DNA of 64,000 nucleotides from Octopus vulgaris. Its lineage: Eukaryota. Each line of letters opens with the position of its first letter. The first letter of the stretch is position 1. Shown here one piece after another: positions 53,420 to 64,000 of the stretch. The notes beneath the pieces are model-generated. The model searched no databases. It had not been told where the DNA came from and saw only the letters and a program-made list of their open reading frames with translations. The translations under genes and the position numbers were made by a program. Location of the stretch: assembly GCA_951406725.2 (NCBI GenBank), contig OX597815.1:164610001-164674000 (forward strand), in the 5' to 3' direction.

Positions 53420-53422
<3 letters not shown>
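52001..53422 (-). mobile_element. Tc1-family DNA transposon (DD34E), 1422 bp, 38-bp TIRs, inserted in (TA)n
   Basis: TIR CAGTTGCGGCCAAAATGTTCAGAACGGCATTGTTTTCG (52001-52038 / 53385-53422); inner repeats at 52151-52173 and 53353-53375. Confidence 0.96.
52191..53236 (-). pseudogene. Tc1 transposase, disrupted
   Basis: HTH region and GRPRKTT; HFSDESKF; SVMVWG; QDNAPCH then 34 aa to SPDLNPIE; split across frames. Confidence 0.93.
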
Positions 53423-53475
<53 letters not shown>

Positions 53476-53823
53476 AGATAGGGGTTGAAAATTCAACCCA
53501 CCATGGGATAACATATATCCAATATACTGCTAGATAGGTACCCAACAAGACTAATACATAGATGTTAAAAATTGCCAAACAATCAGTTCATCTATTGTAT
53601 TATATGGGTAAAGGTAATAATATTACCGTAAATTAATACTACAAAATTAGAAAATGGAGAAACATACTTAAATCAATAAAACATCAACTATCAGATGATA
53701 CCCAAACATTACTTTATTACACCATTACATATCAGTAAAGGCATTATACAAAATATACAGTAAATGTAAATAGACAAAGAGATATAAGTATAAAATTTCA
53801 AATATAATATGTAATTAAATCAA

Positions 53824-53933
53824 TCTGACAGCTGTTTCGGCAGCGAGGGCAGTCATACCTCATTTAACCTATAAGCCATAAAGGCAGGTATAAATGAGGC
53901 ATTAACAAAGATGCCCCACGGCCTCTTCAGAGA
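53824..53933 (-). ncRNA. Type I hammerhead motif with canonical core and long stem II, in a PLE terminal-repeat relic (~53470-54050)
   Basis: Minus strand TCT-CTGAAGA-GGC..(long hairpin)..GCC-GAAA-CAGCTG-TC-AGA; palindromic ACAGCTGT. Confidence 0.75.
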
Positions 53934-54679
53934 ATTAAATTTGTTATAATTGTGAAAAAAATTATTTTTCCATATACATATAAATATAAAAATATAAAAA
54001 TGCAAAATATAAAAACTTATGCATAAACTTCATAATGCTACACTTATATAATATAATACTCATTGGTACAATAATGCAAGGTAAACAAAACAAAATAAAA
54101 CAAAATATATATCAGTGTATATGTTAATATTAATAAGCACAGTACTGCCGTTTTATTCCTTTCTACAACATTGTAGGGAAATGTTGTGAGGCACCCTACA
54201 AGTGCAGATATCAGACAGAGATAGATAACAAATATCTTACAGTTTGTAAAGTTATATGTTGAGCACAATATAATTCGTGTTACTTTATAACATTATTTGG
54301 CTACGAGGATGAAATAAAAATTAATGCAAATCTCATTAACCTGTTGCGCATACAACTAGAGTCCTTAGAAATGCAAAAAAAAAAAACAACGTGACAAGCA
54401 AAAATTGGATATTTTAACAGCTTTAGCCTCTTTCTTCCCCTATTCAGAGCATATAACTTTTTATTTATTAATTTATATCAAAAATAAATTTCATTTCCAT
54501 AATTAGCATACACCAATTCTCCAAATTTGAAATCAATTGGAGTAAAATTAAAGGAATTGAAAAGTGAAGGTCAAACAGAAAAGACCCTCAATACGTGTTT
54601 AAATCACATAAAAACTTATGGTAATAAAACAGGCTGGAAGGTACTTAGGCATATGCAAATTATATCACCATACTAGTGG

Positions 54680-55393
54680 TTTCAACTTTTGACAAGAGGT
54701 CAACAGTTTCAGAGAAGTGGCTAAGTGATTACATCGACCCCAGTATTCAACTGGTACTTATTTTATCGACTTCGAAAATATGAAAGGCAAAGTCTACCTC
54801 GGCGGATTTTGAACTGAGAACGCATAGACGGACGAAATGCCTATTTCTTTACTACCCACAAGAGGCTAAACACAGAGAGGACAAACAAGGACAGACAAAC
54901 GAATTAAGTCGATTTTATCGACCCCAGTGCGCAACTGGTACTTATTTAATCGACCCCCTAAAAGATGAAAGGCAAAGTCGACCTCGGCGGAATTTGAACT
55001 CAGAACGTAACGGCAGACGAAATACCGCTAAGCATTTCGCCCGCTGTGCTAACGATTCTGCCAGCTCGCCGCCTTATTATATTGCCTATTTCTTTACTAC
55101 CCACAAGGGGCTAAACACAGAGAGGTCAAACAAGGACAGACAAACGGATTAAGTTGATTATATCGACCCCAGTGCGTAACTGGTACTTAATTTATCGACC
55201 CCGAAAGGATGAAAGGCAAAGTCGACCTCGGTGGAATTTGAACTCAGAACGTAACGGCAGGCGAAATACAGCTACGCATTTCGCCTGGCGTGCTAACGTT
55301 TCTGTCAGCTCGCCGCCTTATAGACGGACGAAATGCCGCTAACAATTCTGCCACTTCGCCTGGCCTGCTAACAATCCTGCCAGCTCGCCACCT
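54680..55393 (-). mobile_element. Tandem cluster of three SINE family B copies plus partial repeats
   Basis: Core repeated at ~54780, ~54965 and ~55210. Confidence 0.9.
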
Positions 55394-55795
55394 TATTATA
55401 TTACCATAATAATAAAACGCGTTGGAAGGCACGTATATATATATAAATTATATCAACATTTATGTTGATAAAACGGGTTAGAAAGCCTATTTAAATTACA
55501 TCAGCGTATATTGGTAATAAAGTGGGTTGGAAGGCAGGCCTATTTAAATTAAATCACTATATACGGTAAGAAAATAGGTTGGAAGATACACCACCATATA
55601 TGGTAATTCCAAAGGAGCATAAAAATTTATCTAAATATTTAAAGTTGATCGTAAGCACTGAACTGAATAATAGTAAGCATTAAATTTTCAACGGAGTCTA
55701 CATGCATTCTAAGCTATCAAATGAATTATATTTTAATCTCACACGTTTAACTTTAGCAAAAGAAGTGTCCGTGCCCACTTAGTATTATAGTATTA

Positions 55796-56216
55796 GGATC
55801 TTTTCGGTTTGAACGGCAGTTTTTTCTAGCGGTGTCATATGAAATTGTCACCCATAATTATGACCCTAGAATCGATCTATTGCATTTCAATCTCTTTTAG
55901 GGTTAGGGTTAGGGGTGGAGGGAAGGGTATTTTTTTTTCTTCACAAATGTAAATAAACCCAATCTGTTTCTTAAACGAGGGACATATTCATACGGCACAG
56001 AATGTTTTTCACCTCAATAGACGTCATTGAGTGGTTGAAATTGCAGAAATTGAAGAAAAAAAACAACAGCAAATATCTTATAAACTACAGAATTTTCTCA
56101 ATAAAGCCAAGAGAAAAAGATGTTTTATAAACACATTCTACCAGTATACGAAGTTTAAAAGTGTTTAGTTACGTAGAAATTATTTTTAAAAACTGCCGTT
56201 CAAATCGAAAAGATCC
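55796..56216. mobile_element. Merlin-type MITE (421 bp)
   Basis: TIR GGATCTTTTCGGTTTGAACGGCAGTTTTT / AAAAACTGCCGTTCAAATCGAAAAGATCC; perfect 8-bp TSD TAGTATTA (55788-55795, 56217-56224). GG termini suggest Merlin. Confidence 0.85.
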
Positions 56217-57399
56217 TAGTATTATGAATTTATTCACTTCTCATTGCTGTTTAACGCTTATAACTGTTCACCACCGAAACGGATGCCTCTGGGACTATGG
56301 GCAAGTCACTGGTTCGGGAACGAAATTTGCTTAGTGAATGCAAACACAGATCCTTTTTTTTTACAAACAAGGTCTTATTGTTTTTGCTATTTATTTTTGT
56401 TCTTTGATCTTTGAGAAGAAACCTAACTTTAAGCTATGTTTTACAGATCACCTTTTACGCCGTTTTCAAAACCCAAGAAAAATAAGTAGGGGTGCAAATT
56501 TTGATTTTGCACCCCCAAAAAATTTTAGGAGGTGAGCTTGCACCCTCTGCATGCCCGGGTCTTGGGCCTATGCCGTTAAAGCTACACTTAACCAAAACAG
56601 TAAGCCTACTTTGTTTCAAGAAAAATTATTTCGCAGTAGAGAAAGATCCCCATGCAGTAGTTAAAGCTGTCAAAAGGTCGCACCATTTTCTGTCAAAAAT
56701 CCATAGCTTAAGTTTGATATAAAACGTAAATGATAAAAGTGTGACGGTTTGTTGTTAGCGGGGTCACCAATTTGTAACGGGAGAGGATTAATTTTTTTTG
56801 CAACGGTTGGAATTAATTTGTAAACAATAGTATGGAACGTCGGGATCGTAATCAGTTTGTAAGGATTGGTTCTTCGTTGATTGCCATTATGTAAAGATGA
56901 AAGAACGGTGATTGAAGTTGTAAAGAAAATATTTATTTTACCGTTACATTGTAAAAACACTTTGCCTCGACGGGCAGGTAATAAAATCGTAAAGCATGTG
57001 AAGTATAGATAGATGTCGTAGATTTTCCTTATATAGTTTGTGTTTGTGTTCTCGTCATTGTGTAGTAGGACTTACAGATAGAGATGGAGTGATGTTGTAA
57101 GAAGAAAGTGAGCTGAGCTAGTGATAGTGAGAGAGTCAAGGGAAGTTGTCTCGCATAGACGCTGATTGTAACTTTCTTTTTCCCTCTGGCCGTTTGTCTT
57201 TAGTGGCTGCCTGCTTGTGACCATGATTCTAGAGGTCCGTTCACTAACTGGTGTCGCTCTCTCGGTTCTCACTAACTTTTGCTTGGGGGTTCTTGTTTTT
57301 ATAACTATCCAGGATAGACATTTCGTTAAGAAGAATAGATTTCGTTAGTGGTACTTGTTATCTTAATTCTAGCTTTTGGTGGCTTATAAGGGGTTAGAA

Positions 57400-58620
57400 G
57401 TGTCAAGTGGCGAAGACAACATTTTGCTTAGCTAAGGCATCTGGAAAATGTAAACCGCTGTCACAGAAAAACTATTGTTTTATCGTGAGAAAAGTTCTGT
57501 TGAATTCTTAATTTAAATTTGGCTATCTAGGATCGAATTCACGCTAAGCCTGTGTAAGAAAATAACACACTGGCGATCAGAAGCTCAGCTGTTCGGTTAC
57601 GGAATCTTAGATCGTCCAGCAATTTCTTATTAAGAACCTATTACTTGACTTTAGCGGTATTACTCCAAGGAGTAACATCTAAGAACCTGACACATCTCTA
57701 ACATTCTGTTATTACAAAACTGTTGCATTTTGAGTTAAAGATCCTGTGTACTTGATGACACTAAACTTGTTGTTTCTGAATACCACATTTATCAAATGTT
57801 AAAAGCATAATACGAATTTCATACAAAACGTTGTTCCAATGCATTTGTTTCACTGCATCAGATCAAATGAATAAGCGTTGTTTAAGAAATTAATGAACCT
57901 TTGACGGCATATAAATACCAGTTGGTGGTTGGTGAATACTATTATTTTCCATGTCGTATTCCTTTAACAGTTGCCATTTCTTGCTTGATTACACTATTTT
58001 TAAATCTGCTTTACCAAGGTACGTCCACTCAGATCAAGAAACCACCTTCAGGAATTCTGAACTGCAGTCTTTCATACATGAAAAAGTACTCCCAATTAAC
58101 CGCTCGATTCCATGTGCCTTACTGGAAATAAGCAGCGTGAGAGCTATGCTAGTATCATTTAGAAAACACTGTCATTTACCCTTCAAGCCGAAAGTCTGCC
58201 GATTCCTGCATGTGGATTTATTCTGTTTACATTCAGTGTAATATTTTACGAACATCCACAAACACAATATTTCATAAACATCATTTCACCATTCCCCAAA
58301 ATACGGCTACTGGAATGACCATGCCAACTTGACTTTCATTACCCAAAAAGGTTTTTGAAGAGGTGCAGCCATAAGAAAGACTCTTTTGGTCTTAATTGAA
58401 CTAAAGGAATCACATCCTCAATATACTCGAATTCGTTCCTTCACAATCATTGAAGAGAAACAGCGACAATTATGGACATATGTTCGCTATTTTTTGGTGG
58501 AACTAAGGATGAGGTAAAGCACGACGAGAGTGCTCCAACTAAACGTATCGAGATTCCTGAAAATTCACGACACAGATTCCTAATAAAGCACCAACACAGC
58601 AACCCAGTCTAACTAACGAA
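57400..58620 (+). pseudogene. Highly degenerate Gypsy-like pol (integrase) relic
   Basis: LPRYVHSDQETTFRNSELQSFIHEK..RSIP matches the integrase core region; extent approximate. Confidence 0.6.
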
Positions 58621-58744
58621 CTTTCTTAGGAATTTGTGCAGTGTCATTCGGTTCACATTTAGAAGACCATCTGAAAGATATGGTTACAGTTATGGAAAAA
58701 ATATTTTGAGATATTGTACAAATTTACCCACTTCTAATAACATA

Positions 58745-58893
58745 GCGTGGAAGCACGTGGCTTTGTGGTTAAGATGTTGGACTTACAATCGTAAGATTGT
58801 TGTTTCGATTCCTGGACCGGGCGACGCGTTGTGTTCTTGAGCAAAACTCTTCATTTCACGTTGCTCCAGTCCACTCAGCTGTAGAAATGAGTT
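58745..58893 (+). mobile_element. SINE family C, 5' part
   Basis: TGGCTTTGTGGTTAAG, GTTTCGATTCC, TTGAGCAAAAC..CTCAGCTGTAGAAATG. Confidence 0.82.
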
Positions 58894-59206
58894 TAGCCTG
58901 AAGAGGAATGGGCTCTCCCAGGCTTTCTCGCCCTAAATACGCTGCATGGCTGTAGCGCCCCAACGACCCCCAAGGGGGTTAAGGGACGTGTGGAAAAACA
59001 AATAATATAATACAATCTAGTGTTCCCGGTCATACGACGGGGAATTTGGAAGTATTTTTTTACCGCCATAAGTAGTATCAGGAAATATGGCAAACATAGT
59101 ATAATTATAATTCCACTTTTATCAAATTTCTTGGTGCTTACAAAATGATGAATGCTAGATTTCAAAAGAAAAATTATTAGTTTATTCACCTTCTTCCGCT
59201 GTCTCT

Positions 59207-59290
<84 letters not shown>

Positions 59291-59342
59291 GTGTGTGTGT
59301 GTGTGTGTTCAGTTACTTATTGCCTGTCACCAAGCCTACAAG

Positions 59343-59562
59343 TACGCGGATGTGCTGAAAAGTCTCTGGCTTTAAGAGTCTCGCGAAAAGCCTGGTTGGA
59401 GGTCCAATCTTCCGAGTTCTTTTACAGGGCTTAGAAAAACTGAAGGGCCACCGCAATAAGTGTGTGAATCTGAGAGAGAAATGCGTTGCATAAAATCATA
59501 ATTAACTGATCTTCCGGCATTTTCTTTTACCCAAGGCTAGAAACTTTTCAGCACTCCTCATA
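59343..59562. mobile_element. mariner-type MITE
   Basis: Imperfect TIRs TACG..GTGCTGAAAAGT..TGGCTTT / AAGGCTAGAAACTTTTCAGCACTCCTCATA with TA ends. Confidence 0.75.
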
Positions 59563-59767
59563 TATGCACTCATCCTGCACCTCACGACTTAGATATTTCT
59601 GCACCTCTCTTTTATTCTCCCCCGCCCCTCTTTCTATACGATGCAAAGCGGGATTGGAGAAATCAACCAATCAACAGTTATATCGACTATTAAATGACGT
59701 GGTTCTGTTGATGGAAGGGAGTGGGGAAGAATGTCATAATTTTATATTATTATAAGCTCAAGGCCAA

Positions 59768-60435
59768 AGGCGGCGAGCTTCGCAGAATCGTTAGCATGCC
59801 GGGAAACATGCTTAGCGGCATTTCGTTCGTCTTTACGTTCTGGGTTCAAATTCCGCCGAGGTTGGCTTTGCTTTACATTCGGGGTCGATAAAATAAGTAC
59901 CAATTGAGCACTGGGGTCGATATGATCGGCTTACCCGCCTCCCCTAAACTTGCTAGCCTTGTGCCAAAATTTGAACCCAATATAAGCTCAAGGCCAGCAA
60001 TTTTTAGAAAATGGGCTTAATTGATTACATTGGCCTAAATACTTGATTGGTACTTTATTTTATCGACCTCGGAACGATGGAAAAAGAAGTTAATCTCGCC
60101 AGGATTTGAACGCGTAATGTGAAAAGTTGAAATAAATACTACAAGACATTATTTAGCAAGTTTCTCTAATGATTCTGTCAATACACTAATTCTAGTTTTA
60201 TATTATCGTAATCATTTAGACTTAAGAGACAAGGCCAAAGGCTGTGAGCTGGCAGAATCGTTAAAAAAACAGGTAAAATGCTTAGTGGCATTTTTTCCGT
60301 CTTTACATTCTGAGTTCAAATCCCGCCGGGGTCGACTTTGCCTTTCATCCTTTCGGGGTCACTAAATTAAGTACCTGTTGAATACTAGACTAACTCCATC
60401 TCCCAAAATTTCAGACATTGTACCTATAGTAGAAA
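59768..60435. mobile_element. Three SINE family B copies (+, -, +)
   Basis: GGCGGCGAGCT..GGTTCAAATTCC (59768), reverse copy ~60000-60180, forward copy 60240-60435. Confidence 0.82.
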
Positions 60436-60458
60436 GGATTGTAGCGTACGCTTAGTGA

Positions 60459-60519
<61 letters not shown>

Positions 60520-60526
<7 letters not shown>

Positions 60527-61443
60527 TATAACATAAATACGGACGTAGTAGTTAACAGCTAGCCTTCAGTCGCTTGGATCCTGTTGTGTTCACTATTCTG
60601 ATTGGTTGGTATTGGAGCAATTTGTCTCTTGCTCTATTACGCGCCAATGTGCAACCCAACCAATCGCAGCCTTCTGATAAGGTTCCGTGACACAGTCTTT
60701 TCTAAATCTCCGTCTGGTTTCAGGTTCAGTCGCATTGTATGGTGCCTTGAGCAAGTGTCTTCCACTATAATCCCGAGCTAACTGCCTTGTGTGTGATTTG
60801 GGTAAAGAGAAACTGGGAAAACTCGTCGTTTATATCTCAATAACGCCAAAACTCTAAGGATGTTTGTATGTAGCTGAAATATCTCAGAAAGAGTATATTT
60901 TACCTTAATTTTTTTACATATTTATTTTCATACTTACCTTCGGCAGTACAGTACAAATTTTTGTGACATTTAGACCTCTATTTAAGCCATTAAACAATTT
61001 TTGTTTGTTATTTCTTGGTAAAAAAAAAACATGGCTTCCGTGATGTCAACACACATACAGAATACACACATATAATGAATGTCATGGCGTGTTAATCAAC
61101 ACAAACCCACGTCCGCTATCTGTGACATATACACACAATCTTCGTCGATTTTTTGACGTACACAATATTTTAATCATTTAGAAATATTTTTAACTGTATG
61201 TGATTTCATCATCCGGAGTCCGTTAATATCCGTAAAAATTTTAATTTATTTACTTTTGTTTTAAAGTGAAAGAATAAAGTGTAAGATGTATATGAAATGG
61301 ACGTGTGTGTGAAACAGAGAGAGAGAGAGAGAGAAAGAGAGAGTGAGTGAAGGGTCATGTATACGTATATGCATCAATGCATATGCATACATCTTTTTTG
61401 TATATACGTGTGCATGTGTGTGTGTTTTCATGTATTAGTGACA

Positions 61444-61511
<68 letters not shown>

Positions 61512-62427
61512 CATCTCATATACATGTTCATACATCTTTCACTTTCTCCTCTCTTTCACTTTAAAACAAAAGTAACGTAATTTTCAGGATAAAAATTGTT
61601 TTAAAAAGCTTCCACTCATGTAAAATCGTACACAAAAGTTTTCAGAATTACCGATTTGGCCAGGAAGAAAAATTTTCAATTTAGTTGTATTTAGCGTAAT
61701 TTCACTTACTTATGATTAGATTTTATTGCATTTTCGTTAGATTTAAGCCCTTATTTTTCTGTAAATCCTATTCTGACATCAAATGAGTCAACTTCTGGTA
61801 CGAATGTTTACATTTTGTAACTCTCTAAGAAAAGACAAAAACGTCGACTTTTTGACGTACACTCACACTGACGTAGAGAAATATCTTTTTTTACGGAGAT
61901 TACTTATAGTTTCATCTTTTCAGATTTTATTCTTCTTCATTCATTTGACATTTGAAATCTCCTTGTTGTTGTGATTTAATTTTCTTAATACATTTCATAC
62001 AAAAATAAGCATTGATCAATTATGCCACGTGGAAAGAGATGGGGATCATCGTGGTCAACAGATGATGCCAAAAGGCGTTGGGAAGAAGCGAGGGCACGGA
62101 GACAAGAGGAAACAGCTGAGATGACGGTAGAACGACTGCATGATAACAGAGTCACGCAACAAAGAAGAAGGCAAGGAGAGACTGAGGAAGATAGGAATGC
62201 AGGTCTCCAGGATGTGAGACAAAGAGCAAATAGCAGACTTGAGGCCCGCACGACTCTTAAACAACAGGGTGATGAAAGAAAGGACAGAGGGAGCAATGGA
62301 AAGAAATGGACTCATTCTTTCTGCTGATAAGTTAGATATATATGCATAAGTACCATGAATTCCCATTCCACAAACTGGCAAACAATTCCATGAATACCTA
62401 ACCAGGCAGCGCTGAGTAGTAAGCCTA

Positions 62428-62428
<1 letters not shown>
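60520..62428 (+). mobile_element. Internally deleted Helitron retaining a RepHel N-terminal fragment
   Basis: 5' TCTTACATATAA after (TC)n; 3' CCAGGCAGCGCTGAG..CTAG; ORF 62022-62327 with R..EET.E..RL repeats. Confidence 0.55.
61250..61576. repeat. Imperfect inverted repeat
   Basis: TTACTTTTGTTTTAAAGTGAAAGA..GGACGTGTG / CACACGTCC..TCTTTCACTTTAAAACAAAAGTAA. Confidence 0.85.
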
Positions 62429-62489
<61 letters not shown>

Positions 62490-62493
<4 letters not shown>

Positions 62494-62891
62494 TTTTATT
62501 TGTTTCCATTATTTGACTGCAGCCATGCAGGAGCACTGCCTTAAAGAGTTCTAGTCGAAGAAACTGACCCCACGACTTATTCTTTGTAGACCTTGTACTT
62601 ATTCTATCGGCTCCTTTACCAAACCACTAAGTTACGAGGACGTAAACACACCAACATTGGTTGTCAGGCGATGGTGGTGGAGGACAAACACAGACACAAA
62701 CACATAGATGTATATGTAAACATATATACGATGGGCTTCTTTCAGTTTCCGTCAACCAAATCCACTCACAAAGCTTTGGTCGCCCCGAGGCTATAGTAGA
62801 AAACACTTGCCCAAGGCACCACGCAATGGGACTGAACACAGAACCATGTGGATGAGAAGCAAGCTTCTTACTACACAGCCACACCAGCGCC
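62490..62891 (-). mobile_element. SINE family A, full length
   Basis: Collinear with 16394-16800; a + strand 3' half follows at ~62900-63130. Confidence 0.87.
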
Positions 62892-63336
62892 AATGTGTGT
62901 GTGTGTGTGTGCATTTTTTTTGTGTGTGTGTCCCTCACCATCACCGCTTGACAAGTGGTGAGAGTTCATTTACATCCCAGTAACTTAGTTGTTTGGCAGA
63001 AAAAATCCCAATACAATAAGTATGAAGCTTTCAGAAATGTATACTGGAGTTAATTTGCTCGACTAAATCCTTCAAAGCGGTACCACAGCTTGGCCACAGT
63101 CCAATGAATGAAACAAGTAAAAGATAAAAGATGCTGTCTCTAAAGAGGAAGCATACATTGGATAATCTAGTCCGAGATATGTCATGTACAAAAACTAGAT
63201 GAGATGGTCATGGCCGGAATGCAGTTAATGATAGGCTTGCTCAATCTAACTGATTTTGGGACTAAACAAGTATAACGCTGTTCAATTTCCTGCTCAACGA
63301 AACATCCCTCTAACACAAATTTTCATCTATTTATAT

Positions 63337-63969
63337 CAGTCATGGGCAAACTGCAGTCCTAATGAACAATTAATGGTACTGCTCTGGTGTGTGATCTACA
63401 AGGGAGATTAATTTAGGTAACGTTTTAGTTTACTTTTCAATTTCTAAAATCCCATAAGACGTTGGCTAAAGATTTTTACAATGTGATCATCGACGAGACG
63501 AAAGCAGTTTGCATTTTAACAAGAAACCAGAAGGCAGTTGCATTTTTACAAACCAGCACTAAATTCACATCATTTCTTAAGAAAAAGAAAGGTGCCACTT
63601 TGGCGTGGGATCTACAGTTTAAAGGGAAATTACTTTAAGTTACTTTTTAGTTTACTTTGTGTTAGTGCTACTTTCAGTGTGATCTATCTGAGCAAATTTA
63701 CTTTGGTGGGTAATCTACACACTTATTTTAATTATTATAGGATTTTCTTATAATTAAAATAGTAAGAATCTTGAAAAAATACTTTTACAATGCTAAGTAT
63801 GTACAAAATAATTTAAAAAGTAACCTAAAGTAATCTCCCTTGTAGATCACACTCCAAAACAGCACCTAATTAACTTCAATTTTGTTTGTTGTTTTATTTA
63901 GTAGTGTGGCCCGCCTAATGATTAGACATCATTTGATGCCCGCATCTCGACAAAGGTTGCCCATACTTG
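63337..63969. mobile_element. hAT (Charlie-like) non-autonomous element
   Basis: Termini CAGTCATGGGCAAACT / AGGTTGCCCATACTTG; GTGGCCCGC subterminal motif; TSD not evident. Confidence 0.6.
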
Positions 63970-64000
63970 CTCAACATGCAAGAGATAATAGTCAAATCGC

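Noticed and set aside
55897-55914. TTAGGG repeats as a telomere
   Set aside because: Only about three units, internal to the Merlin-type MITE.

Overview
AT-rich, microsatellite-laden eukaryotic DNA made almost entirely of transposable elements. The SINE/Penelope/microsatellite mix suggests a mollusc, probably a cephalopod such as Octopus (inference). No host gene is recognisable. (1) ~0.9-13.3 kb is a head-to-tail train of five divergent R4/Dong-clade (RLE-type) non-LTR retrotransposons, mostly separated by (TAA)n tracts; one has an intact 1270-aa ORF (5352-9164). (2) Many Penelope-like element (PLE) relics are present, including a near-complete Neptune-type copy (42661-45364), plus several type I hammerhead ribozyme (HHR) motifs in PLE terminal-repeat remnants. 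(3) The standout is a near-identical 360-bp tandem array with a 5' inverted segment (47138-48914). Each full unit carries an extended type I hammerhead with a variant CCGAUGA core and a palindromic stem III, i.e. a young retrozyme-like element. It sits in a (TA)n tract within a local ~1.15-kb duplication whose other copy shows the empty site. (4) Also present: a Tc1 (DD34E) element, Merlin/hAT/mariner MITEs, Helitrons/HINEs, CR1, L1/Tx1 and Gypsy relics, and three tRNA-derived SINE families. All calls were made by eye; boundaries of degenerate elements are approximate.
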